A stretch of 64,000 nucleotides of DNA, from NCBI RefSeq assembly GCF_009914755.1, contig NC_060947.1. One strand, written 5' to 3'. How positions within the stretch are numbered: position 1 is the stretch's first letter; every line of letters starts with the position of its first letter. This document shows, one piece after another, positions 34,131 through 45,604 of this stretch. Source of the stretch: the human T2T-CHM13v2.0 reference genome, Homo sapiens. A program made the position numbers and the translations under genes. The notes below the pieces were generated by a model. The model did no database searches. It was not told the DNA's origin and was given only the letters and a program-made list of their open reading frames with translations.

Positions 34131-35379
34131 TTTGAGTTCTGGTCCAGATTATCTTTATTAATTTTCTGCCTCAATGATCTATCTAATATTGGCAGTGGAA
34201 TGTTGAAGTATCCCACTATTATTGTGTGGGAGTCTGTTTTTCTTTACAGGTCTCTAAACACTTGCTTTATGAATCTGGCTGCTTCTGTGTTTGATCTTTG
34301 TTGTTTTAAAGTCTGTTTTGTCTGAAATTAGGATTGCAACTCTTGCTTTTTTCTGTTTTCCATTTGCTTCGTAGATTTTCCTCCATCTTTTTATTTTGGG
34401 CTTATGGGCGTCATTACATGTGTGATGGATCTCTTAAAGACAGCATACCTTTGGGTCTTGCTTTTTTTATCCAGCTTGCCACTTTGTGGTGGCATTTATC
34501 CTGTTGACATTCAAGGTTAGTATTGATAAGTATGGATTTGACCCTGTCATTGTGTTGTTACCTGGTTATTATGCTGGCTTTAAGAATATTGAATATAGGC
34601 CCCCCATCTCTTCTGAATTGGAGTGTTTCATCTCAGAAGTCCACTGTTAGCCTGATGGGGTTTTCTTTGTAGGTAACCTTCCCTTTCTCTCTAGCTTCCT
34701 TTAACATTCTTTTTTTCATTTTGATCTTGAAAAATCTGAGGATTCTGTGTCTTGGTGATGACCTTCTTGTGTAGAATGTTTCAGGAGTTCTCTGTATTTT
34801 CTGAATTTGACTATTGGCCTCTTTCACAAGGTTGAGGAAGTTTTCACAGATGGTATTTTGAGATATGTTTTCAAGTTGTTTGCTTTCTTCCCCTCCCTTT
34901 CAGGGATGCTAATGATTCACAGATTTGGCCTCTTTACATAATCCTATACTTCTTGAAGTTTTTTTTCCTTCCTTTAAAAAAAAATTTTTGTCTAACTGTC
35001 TTCTTTTAGAGAGCTAGTCTTCAAGTTCTGAGATTCTTCTCTCAGCTTGGTTTATTCTGTTGTTAATACTTGTGATTGCATTGTGAAACTCTCCTATTGT
35101 GTTACTCAGCACTGTCAGATCCATTAGGTACTTTTTTATACTGGCTACTTTGTCCTTCATCTCCTATAACGTTTTATTGTGGTTTTCAGTTTCCTTGGAT
35201 TGCATTTTTCCATTCTCCTGAACCTGGATAATCTTTGTTCTTATCCGTATTCTGAATTATAGTTCTGTTATTTCAGCAAGCTCAGTCTGGTTAAGAATTC
35301 TTCTTGGAGAACTGGTGCAATTGTTTGGAGGACATACAACACTCTTTCCATTTGAGTTACTGGAGTTCTTTCTCATTTC

Positions 35380-35413
<34 letters not shown>

Positions 35414-36149
35414 CATTTAATTGTAGTGTTGATTAATTACAGTCAATAGACTTCTTTTCTGGATGTTTTCCCAGGGCTGATTCTTTGTGAAGCATCTTTA
35501 TTTGAAGCTGATTTCTTGTCCTTGGTTTCAGTGGGGGGTATGTTAGCAAGGTATTTCTGGTGTTGAAGCTTTGGGGTATAATCTGATAGGTAGCACTTAG
35601 GTGTATTAGTCAGTTGATAGGCTCTTGCTCAGTTGTGTGATTTCCCTATGTTTCCTCACAGTTACAGCCATGTTCCTTCTGAATGCTCTGAAAGTGTGGA
35701 TTCCTCTCCCTCTTGAATGCTGGCTGTAGATAGGAGCATGGCACTCCTGGGCTGCCCACTGTAGCTCTGGGGTGATATCAGTGCTTATGTTCCTTCCCAA
35801 ACTTGGAGACAGCAGAGGAAGGGAACTTAGTAGTGGTTGTAGCTAAGGGTCTTTTGCTTGTATCCTGGAGACACCACCCCAGAAAGATGCAGGTCAGTCA
35901 TCACTCAGTGCAATCAGCCCAGGATAAAGGGTCTGTGTTCTGTGCCCAAACTGTGGGTTTCCTGTCTGGTGACAAGTAGTGGGGGTGGGTGGGACCTGTG
36001 GGAGATGGACTGGCCTTCTCTCCTTGGCTCAACTACAGCTTATTGCAGGTGTGGACTTAGGGTCTCCGCACCTTCATTAGTCCAAGGATAGCAAGGGCAA
36101 TTCCACTGCATAGGTGGTGGCAGAAAGGCTTTCAGTTGCCCCTGGAGAC

Positions 36150-37500
36150 TCTGTCCAGGAAGTTGCAGAGCTGCTATTGGCTCAACAGCTCTGGTGGGGA
36201 CTGGTTGGAGGCCCAGGCCTGGAGGACCTGCCTAATGAGGAGTTATAGAAATGGGCACCCATGTAACAGTCTGGCCAATTTTCCATAGGGCTGCTGTGAT
36301 ATGCTAGTGGCCCACTCCACTTCCTAGTTACCTCGGATTTTCCAGTATCTAGAGGTATCAACAGTGAAGGCTGTAAAATATTAAAGATGACAGCCTGCCC
36401 CTCCCTCTGCAAGCTCAGTCCCAGTGAGGTATGCATCTGCTGCTGGCTTGAACACACTTCTAGGAGGTGGCTGGAGACCCCATTTGAAAGGTCCTACCCA
36501 ATGAGAAAGAAAGGGATCTGGGACCCGCTTTAAAAAACCAGTCTGGCTACATTTCTGTAGGGTAGCTGTGCTATGCTAGGGGTCTGCTTCAGCCCCTGGT
36601 CATATCAGAGACTCCAAAGCTCAAAGGCTGGAACAGCTAAGTCACCCAAACAGCAAAGACTGTGGCCCACCCCTTCTTCTGGGAGCTCTATCCCAGGATG
36701 ATTGGAAACCTCTCCTGGCTAGAGAACACTAGCAGGTGTAGCTGGAGAACTCGGTTGGGAGGTCTCACCCAGTGTGGAGGAATGAGATCAGGAACCTGCT
36801 TTAAAAAGCAGTCTGGCCACGTTTTCATAGAGGAGCTGTGCTGTGCTGGGACTCTGCTCCAGCCCTCAGACACCTTGGACTCTCCAAAGTCCAAAGACTG
36901 AAACAGCTAAGTCACCCAAACAGCAAAGATGGCAGCCCACTCCTTCCTCTTGGAGCTTCATTCCAGGGAGGTTTGAAACCTCTGTCAGCCAGAGAACACC
37001 AGTGGGTGTAGCTGGAGACTTTGGTTGGGAGGTCCCACCCAGTGATGAGGAACAAGATGGGGAACTTTAAAAAGCAGTCTGGCCACATTTTCATAGAGCA
37101 GCTGTGCTGTGCTGGGTGTCTGTGTTAGCCCCAGTTCACTTGGACTCTTCAAAGTCTTAAGGCTGGAATGGCTAAGTTACCCAAACAGTAATGATGGTGT
37201 CCTGTCCCTCCCACTGGAAGCTTCATCCCAGGGAGGTTTGAAATTTCTGCAAGCCAGAGAGCACTAGCGGAGATGGCTGGAGACCTTGGTTGGGAGGTCC
37301 CACCCAGTGATAAGGAACAGGATTGGGGACACGCTGTAACAAGCAGTCTGGTCACGTTTTCATAGAGCAGCTGTGGTGTGCTGGGGAACTGGTTCTGTCC
37401 CCAGGTGGCTTGGACTCTCCAAAGTCCTAAGGCTGAAATGGCTAAGTAGCCCAAACAGCAAAGATCGTGGCCCACCTCTCCCCCAGGAGCTCTGTTTCAG
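36150..37500 (-). repeat. Tandem array of about five diverged units (period about 268 bp) in the L1 5'UTR
   Basis: Landmark cagtctgg recurs near 36268, 36539, 36809, 37075 and 37344; ctaagtcacccaaacagcaaaga recurs with the same period. Confidence 0.85.
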
Positions 37501-37934
37501 GGAGTTGCAACACTCATACCAGTGGCTGGCTGGGATTCCAAGCCAGTGGGTCTTATCCTGTGAGGTGCCATGAAAGTGGGACCTGAAAACTGTTGCTACC
37601 CAGCCCCCTGGTTTCAACCCCTTTCCTAGAGGCATGTACAGGGGTTTAACTTCCCACTTTACTAGAGTTGCCGCTACTTTTGCTGAGAAGCCCAGAAACC
37701 CTGGGTATCTAAGGCTCCCAGGTCTCTATGTGTGCTTGAGTGGCTGCCCTGCTGACACTCCATGTAGCTGAGTATATCAGACTGAAGGCCCTAATGGAGT
37801 GGGTTCCAAGGAGATCTCCTGAGCCTAGGGTTGCAAAGATCCATGGGAGAAGCATAGGTTTCTGGGGTTGCACATTTACTCACTGCTTTTCTGAATGGGA
37901 GAGGTTCTCCTGGCTCTATGTCACTCCTGGGTAG

Positions 37935-38369
<435 letters not shown>

Positions 38370-38509
38370 GAGTTGTTCTCTTGATTAGTCCCAGTGCATG
38401 CACCTGGATGTTTCAGTTAACGTTACTGTATCTACTCGCCCCTTGCATTCCTCTCTGTGAGAGCTGTGCACACTAGCTGCTTTTAGTTAGCCATCTTGGC
38501 AAACCCCCA

Positions 38510-39810
38510 AATAGTTATTTTTTCTGATACTCCCCCTCCTCTCACCTTCCACTCCCTGATAGGCCCCAGTGTGTTGTTCCCCTCTGTGTGTACATGTGCT
38601 CTCATCACTTAGCTCCCACTTATAAGTGAAAACATGCGGTATTTAATTTTCTGTTTCTGTGTTAGTTTGCTAAGGATAATGTCCTCTAGCTCTAACCATG
38701 TTCCTGCAAAAAACAGGATTGAATTCTTTTTATGGCTGCATAGTATTCCATGGTGTATACGTACCACATCTTCTCTACCCAATCTGCCACTGATGGGTGT
38801 TTGGGTTGATTACATGTCTTTGCTATTGTAAATAGTGTTGCAATGAACATACACATGCATATGTATTATGGTGGAATTATTTATATTCCTTTGGGTATAT
38901 GCCCAGTAATAGAATGGCTGGGAATAATGGCAGTTCTGTTTTTACCTATTTAAAGAATTGCCATGCTGCTTTCCACAATGACTGAACTAATTTACACTCC
39001 CACCAGCAGTGTATAAGCATTCCTTTTTCTCCACAACCTAGCCAGCATCTGTTATTTTGAATTTTTTGTAATAGCCATTCTGACTGGTGTGAGATGGTAT
39101 CTCATTGTGGTTTTGAGTTGCATTTCTCTAATGATCAGTGGTATTGAGATTTTTTTCATGTGCTTGTCAGTCACATGTTTGTCTTCTTTTGAAAAGTGTA
39201 TGTTCATGTCTATTACCCACTTTTCAATGGAATTGTTTGGTATTTTTTATTGTAAATTTGTTTAAGTTCCTTGTAGATGCTGGATATTAGACCTTTATCA
39301 GATGCATAGTTCACTAAATTTTTCTCCCATTCTGTAGGTTGTCTCTTTACTCTGTTAATAGTTTATTTTACTGTGCAGAATCTCTTAAGTCTAATGAGAT
39401 ATTTGTCAATTTTTGCTTTTGTTGTGATTGCTTTTGGTGTCTTTGTCATGCAACCTTTGCCAGTTTCTATGTTCAGAATGGTATTGCCTAGGTTGTCTTC
39501 CAGGGTTTTTATACTTTTGGGTTCTACATTTAAGTCTTTCATCTATCTTGAGTTAATTTTTGAATATGGCAGAAGAAATGGTCCAGTTTTTATCTGCTGC
39601 ATATGGCTAGCCAGTTATCCTGGCATTATTTATTGAATAATATTGAATATTGAATTTATTGTTTTCATTGATTTCATAAAAGATCAGATGGTCATAAGTG
39701 TGTGGCCTTATTTCTGGGCTCTCTATTCTGTTCCACTGGTCTATTTGTATTTGTCGCAGTATCATGCTCTTTTGCTTACAGTAGCCCTGTGGTATAGTTT
39801 GAAGTTGAGA
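38510..39810 (-). mobile_element. Remainder of the 5'-truncated older L1 host element
   Basis: L1 3'UTR and ORF2 C-terminal sequence ending at gtatagtttgaagttga. Confidence 0.85.
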
Positions 39811-40748
39811 AACATGAAAATAATCTTAGTTCTAATCTCAACATTTTCCTGTGATTTTATTTCTCTCTGGGCCTCAGTTTTCTTATCTGTACAATGAGAA
39901 GTGCACTATGTCATGTAGGGTCCTTCAAGCTCTGGAAATCGTGGATCTTGAAACATCACACACATTCTTCAAGGAATAGCTCAAGTACTACCCCCACCAA
40001 AAAGCTTTCTCTGACTGTCTTAGCCCTTAGACCTATCCCTTATTTGAACTCCTAGAGCACCAACTTTCTGGGTCATTTGTTTTCCTCTTAATCACTTTTT
40101 TCCCATCATTTCTTGGATGACTGTTCTTCATTCTTGTTTAACTTTTCACCCACAAGTGAGCTTTAGTTCCCGACTTTCTAATTTCCTAGAGGATAATTAG
40201 AAAAAGTCTCTTACTTTTCTATTGCCTTCTTGGGATAACCCAGCATACAGATCTGCTGTGGGAGTTGGTTACAGGTATAAAATTATTTATCAGGCAGAGA
40301 TATATTTTCTGAAGTGGTGGATTTTGCAGGGTGTGGATGGTTCGGAGTGCTTGTGGCTAGATTTTCTTCTTCCAATTTGTAGCTCACCTTTGCACCATTT
40401 ATGTGTTCATTAATGTCACCATCAGGGGAAACATGGGTGGGCAGCAAGAAAGAAGGTTAAAAAAATGTAGCCATTTATTCTGGCTTGTGGCTACCAGCTC
40501 TGTGACAAGCTTGGATGACAAATGGCACAAATGAGAAAGATGAGGTAGAGTAATAAATCATAGTGCTTATTTGACCCTGCTGTCACCAGTCCCTAGTAGC
40601 AGTGATTATGAAGAACCCTCTTCTGTGTAAATTACAAAGAGCTACCTCTACCACACACACATGCACGCACGCACACACACACACACACACACCTCACAAG
40701 CTTGTAAAGGTGACAGTTTAAACACGGAGGTGGTCAAAATTTCCAAAG

Positions 40749-41065
40749 CAGTGCTACTTAATACAGATATGATGCTGGTTACATATGTAATTCTAAGTTT
40801 TCTAGTGGACACATTTAAAAAGAAAAAAGAAGCAGGTGATCGTAAATTTAGGAATATATTTTATTTAACCTAGTACATTCAAATTATTATTTAAATATAT
40901 AATCAATAAAAACATGATTACAGAAATATTTTACATGTGTTTCTGCCAAAGCTTCAAAATCTGTTGTATATTTTACATTTGCAATACATCACAATTCAGA
41001 CAAGCCTCATTTCAAGTGCTCAATAGTCACATGTGTCTAGTAACTACCGTACTGGGTGGTGTGGG
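40749..41065. mobile_element. MER33-like hAT-Charlie DNA transposon
   Basis: cagtgctacttaata...acatatgtaattctaagttttctagt...atttcaagtgctcaatagtcacatgtg follows the recalled MER33 consensus. Confidence 0.8.
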
Positions 41066-42711
41066 TCTAGGCAAACCCCCATCCAATGTTTAAACCCCCA
41101 TGCAACGTCATTGCCAATACATTCATCAATTTATCCAATACATACCAATCCAGGCATTGGCTAAGTAATTAGTGAAAATGTCAAGAAAGCCTAAAAAGAG
41201 GCTTCCTAGGTAAATTTCCAGCCAGCTCTAATATTTGTCAGGTATTGTTATAGACACAACAGTGGACAAAGCACACAAAACCCTATGATGACAGATAATT
41301 TGAATCAGAAGATTGTAAGTGCTATAAAGATAATGAAGTGTCAGAGAAGATAGACAATGATGGGAGGAACTATTTTAAATAGAGGGTTTGAGGCAGCCTC
41401 TCTGGAGAAAATATATCTGTACACAGGCCTAAGGAAGTAAGGGAACGAGCCATGTCAAAAACTGCAGGAAGTGTTTTAGGCATAGAGAATGGCCTATTCA
41501 AAGCCCTTTAAGGCAGGAACATTCTTGGTCTGGTGAGAAACCAACAGGAGGCCAGTGTCATTGCAGTCTCCCAGGACAGTGCCCTTTTTTCTTTCCATCT
41601 GTAGCATCCTTAATCATGGCAGTGAAGCAGCAGGCACTGCCTCCCAGGGTGGAGCAGCAAAGCAGCATAAAGCTCTTGCCACTTTCCTTCTGGGCCCTGT
41701 TTTCTGATTAAATCGTATTAATTTTTTTGGCAGCCACATCACACCGCTGACTCATATTGAGCTCCTAGTTAACTAAACCCCTAAGGTTGTTTTGCTCTGG
41801 CGCTGCTAAGAGCTCAAAAAAGTGGTGGGACAATGAGCCAGAGAAATAATTTAATGTGAAATTTCCTTCACTAGAGTCCTCATCTTGGACAGAGCATCAG
41901 TATGGCATGACACAGATCCCTGAATGGAGAGGGAGGTGAGCTGGAGAGAGAGGAAGATGAATTCTTAAGATAATTGAGCCTTCTACACTAGTATTTGAAG
42001 CCTGGATCTCCCAAATAAAGAGACAAAAATAGAACCACTGAAGAAAAGGGACCTTGCCAGTTCATTGGAGGGGCCCAGCCAAATCATTAGAGGACAAGCT
42101 AAAGCAACCATATGCCCCATTGAACAAGAAACTTAATTGGACCTAAGGCTGACTGAGGCTCACAACTGGTAGGCTGGGAAAGGGAAAGGAGCCCAGGTGG
42201 TGGCCACCCAGCAGAAATTCTGCCTTTTCCAGCAAGAAGGAAGCACTTCACTGCTGGGCCAGGAAATGGCCCTAGCCTGTTTCTATGGTGAAGTCTTTCC
42301 CTGGAGACTGAATGTTTCTTGTACAAATAAGCTTGAACTGAATGTGAAGAGAAACCACTGCGGCTCTCCTATGTCCAGAAGATATCAGAGAAGGCTGTAA
42401 TAGGAGGGATAAAGGCCAGAAAAGAAAAGCTTGAGTCTCACTGAGAGGACCCATCTCCTCTCTCCATCCACCATTAGCCCATGGTGTTTTCGGTGCCCAT
42501 AATGGAACTCAGGTCCCTTCAGAAGCTACTCTTACCTTCCTCTGCCGCCTTGGTACCCACTTTTTCTCTATAGCATTCTACAGTCTATTCACATCGAACT
42601 CCTCTGTTTTCAGGATATGCATCTCAGTTTCTCCCATGGTGTTCTCAGAATTCTTTCTGACTCCCTGTCTCTGCTCCTCCCTTCATTCTTTAACGATCTC
42701 AAGTCCATGTC

Positions 42712-43065
42712 TGTAACCATCAGATGAGTTCTTTCTACTTGCTGCACAAACAAAGACCATGGAATTGCTGTAAAGGAAGTTTAATTTATGTGAAGTCAGC
42801 CATACCACACAGGAGATGGGGTAATTACTCAAATTAATCTCATCAAAGGCTGAGATGTTAGGGATTTTTCAAATACAGTTTAGTTGGCAGGGGGCTATGG
42901 TATGGGGAGTGCTGATTGGTTAGGTTGGAGATTAAATCATAGGGAGACAAAGCTGTCCTCTTGCACAGAGTTGCTTCTGGGTGGGGCCACAGGAGTGGTT
43001 GGTGAGTCCAGATGGAGCTATTATCGTCAGACAGGAAAATAACATAAAACAGATATCTCAAAAGC
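42712..43065 (-). mobile_element. LTR8-like ERV1 LTR fragment
   Basis: tgtaacc terminus; gagtgctgattggttaggttggagattaaatcataggga. Confidence 0.65.
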
Positions 43066-44188
43066 AGGGCAGGAGACTGCCCCTTTTTCCAACCAAGAAT
43101 GTCAGGCAACCATCAGGTGATGGTCAGGAGGTTGATAACTATCTCTCTAAAATAATAATTGATCACAGCCAGCACCAGGAAAAGGCAGTCTCCCAATAGA
43201 TAAGAACATCTGAACTTGGTAATAAGCAGCTTTTCAATAACATCTCAGGAGTTGTGTGAGTGGGCTCAAGCATGTGCACTAAGAGGCAAAATGGCAGATG
43301 AACTTCTTCTAGGAACAGTGGACTTGTATGGGAAAAATGCTGCAAGTGAGCATGCATACAACTTTAGTAAATCCACTGCACGTGACCCCTCCCAAGTGCT
43401 GGCAGGCTACTGTGTATGTGGACAGCCCACTTCATGGGAAGAATTAGGGAAGAAGAAACAAAACCCTCCGGAAGCATGCCAACATATAAAGCCCCAAGTC
43501 AAAGGTCAAACTGCGCACTTGATCTCTCAGATCACCCACTCGGCCCTCTTTCAAGTGTACTTCACTTCCTTTTATTCCTGCCCTAAAACATTTCAATAAA
43601 CTTTCACTCCTGCTATAAAACTTGCCTTTGTCTCTTCTTCTGTCTTTTTTTTTTTTTTTTTTTAGTCAGGGTTATTTTCTTTTTTTTTCTTTTTTTTTTA
43701 TTATACTTTAAGTTTTAGGGTACATGTGCACATTGTGCAGGTTAGTTACATATGTATACATGTGCCATGCTGGTGCGCTGCACCCACTAACTCGTCATCT
43801 AGCATTAGGTATATCTCCCGATGCTATCCCTCCCCCCTCCCCCCACCCCACAACAGTCCCCAGAGTGTGATATTCCCCTTCCTGTGTCCATGTGATCTCA
43901 TTGTTCAATTCCCACCTATGAGTGAGAATATGCGGTGTTTGGGTTTTTGTTCTTGTGATAGTTTACTGAGAATGATGATTTCCAATTTCATCCATGTCCC
44001 TACAAAGGACATGAACTCATCATTTTTTATGGCTGCATAGTATTCCATGGTGTATATGTGCCACATTTTCTTAATCCAGTCTATCATTGTTGGACATTTG
44101 GGTTTAATACCCCTCGGTTGAATTATTTCTTCTGAGGAGGCAATAATTGAGGTTGCTGCAGACCCATATGGATTCACTGCTGCTAATA
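43066..44188 (+). mobile_element. MER50-like ERV1 LTR interrupted by a young L1
   Basis: gtcaggcaaccatcaggtgatggtcagg, TATA-like tataaa, aataaactttcactcc; resumes at 44105 and ends ctgctaata. Confidence 0.75.
43645..44104 (-). mobile_element. Short young L1 (L1PA2-like, about 400 bp of 3' end) with a double poly(A) tail
   Basis: Sense strand reads gagatcacatgg...gaatatcacac and ctagatgacgagttagtgggtgcagcgcacc (GAG, so non-Ta). Body 43700-44104; tail 43645-43699. Confidence 0.92.
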
Positions 44189-44470
44189 CTTGCACATTAC
44201 CCCAGTAAAGATACATATTGTTTGCTAATTAGGAGTTCTACAAGTTGCATATTCACTTCTTTATATATTTGTTTTCACGTCAAGTTGTCTACAATGGCAT
44301 TTACAGCTGAGTGAAAAGGCTTGAAATCTGAATCCTAGCCACGTCACCTCTCCTGGCCTCTGGTTCTTCACCTAGAATGTGAAAATGTTGGTCCCTGCAG
44401 GGTTGGTATGGGGATAAAATGAATGAATGGAAACAACGTGCTTTGGAAAATGTAAAAATGCTGTAGGTAT

Positions 44471-45052
44471 TGTAAATCCAAAATATTGGAGTCAGGTCTC
44501 AGTCAGCTAAGAAAGTTTATTTTGTCAAGGTTAAGGATGCACCCATTATACAGCCTCAGGAGGAACTGACAACATGTGTCCAACGTGGTTGGGGTACAGC
44601 TTGCTTTTATACAATTTAGGGAGACATGAGGCAATAATTAATACATGTAAGATTTACATTGGTTTGATCTGGAAGGGCAGGATAACTTGAAGCAGAGGAT
44701 TCCCGGTCATAGATAGATTTAAACATATTCTGATTGGCAATTGGCTGAAAGAGTTATTATCAGTATATAGGAATGTCTGGGGAAGATAAGGGGTTATGGA
44801 GACCAATGATTTATCATACAGATGAAGCCTTCAGATAGCAGACTCCAGGGAAAACAGATTGTAATTTTTTTTAATCATACTTAAGGTCTGTGTTAATGTT
44901 AATACTGGAGGGGTATAATGAGGCATGTCCAACCCCCTCTTCCATCATGGCCTGAACTAGATTTTCAGGTTAACTCTGAAATACCCTTAGCGAAGAGGAG
45001 GGGGAAATTCAGATGAGTGGGGCACGGCTTAAAATTTCATTTTTGGTTTACA
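44471..45052 (-). mobile_element. MER4-family (MER4B/D-like) solo LTR
   Basis: tgtaaa...tttaca termini with a 4-bp TSD GTAT; shares its R/U5 part with the MER4A LTR at 55716. Confidence 0.8.
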
Positions 45053-45302
45053 GTATCAGGTAGGAGGAAGGAGGCAGACTGAACACCCGTGTGGTTGACA
45101 ACAGAATCTAGAAACCTTGGATTTAAAGCTCCAATTACAGCAAAGGCTTTAATTGATATTAAGGTGACAGGGGAGGGGTAGAAAGAAGTGCTGCCTTTTG
45201 TGTAAAGTGTTGGAGCAGCTCTTAGGAGCAGCAGCAAACAGCCTCATCCTTGTGGTCTAGAAGGAAAGAGAATGGCCATTTGTTAATGATAAAGCATGGT
45301 TT

Positions 45303-45600
45303 AGTTGGGTGTGGTGGCTCATGCCTGCAATCTCAACAATTTGGGAGACTAAGGCAGAAGGATGGCTTGAGCCTAGGAGTTTGAGACCAGCTTGAGCAAC
45401 ATATTGAGACCCCCATCTCTACAAAAGAAAATTTAAAATGAGCCGGGTATGGTGGCACACACCTGTAGTCTCAGTTACTCAGGAGGGTGAGGCAGGAGAA
45501 TCCCTTGAGCACAGGAGTTTGAGGTTATAGTGGGCTAATTGTGCCATTGCACTCCAGCTGAGTGACAGAGAGAGACCCTGTCTCAAAAAAAAAAAAAAAA
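45303..45600 (+). mobile_element. AluJ-type SINE
   Basis: Dimeric Alu with poly(A); left TSD gataaagcatggt at 45288-45300. Confidence 0.92.
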
Positions 45601-45604
45601 AGTT

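Noticed and set aside
36150-37500. Periodic repeats as a CRISPR-like array
   Set aside because: Whole units are homologous with no unique spacers, the context is a mammalian L1 5'UTR, and there are no cas genes.
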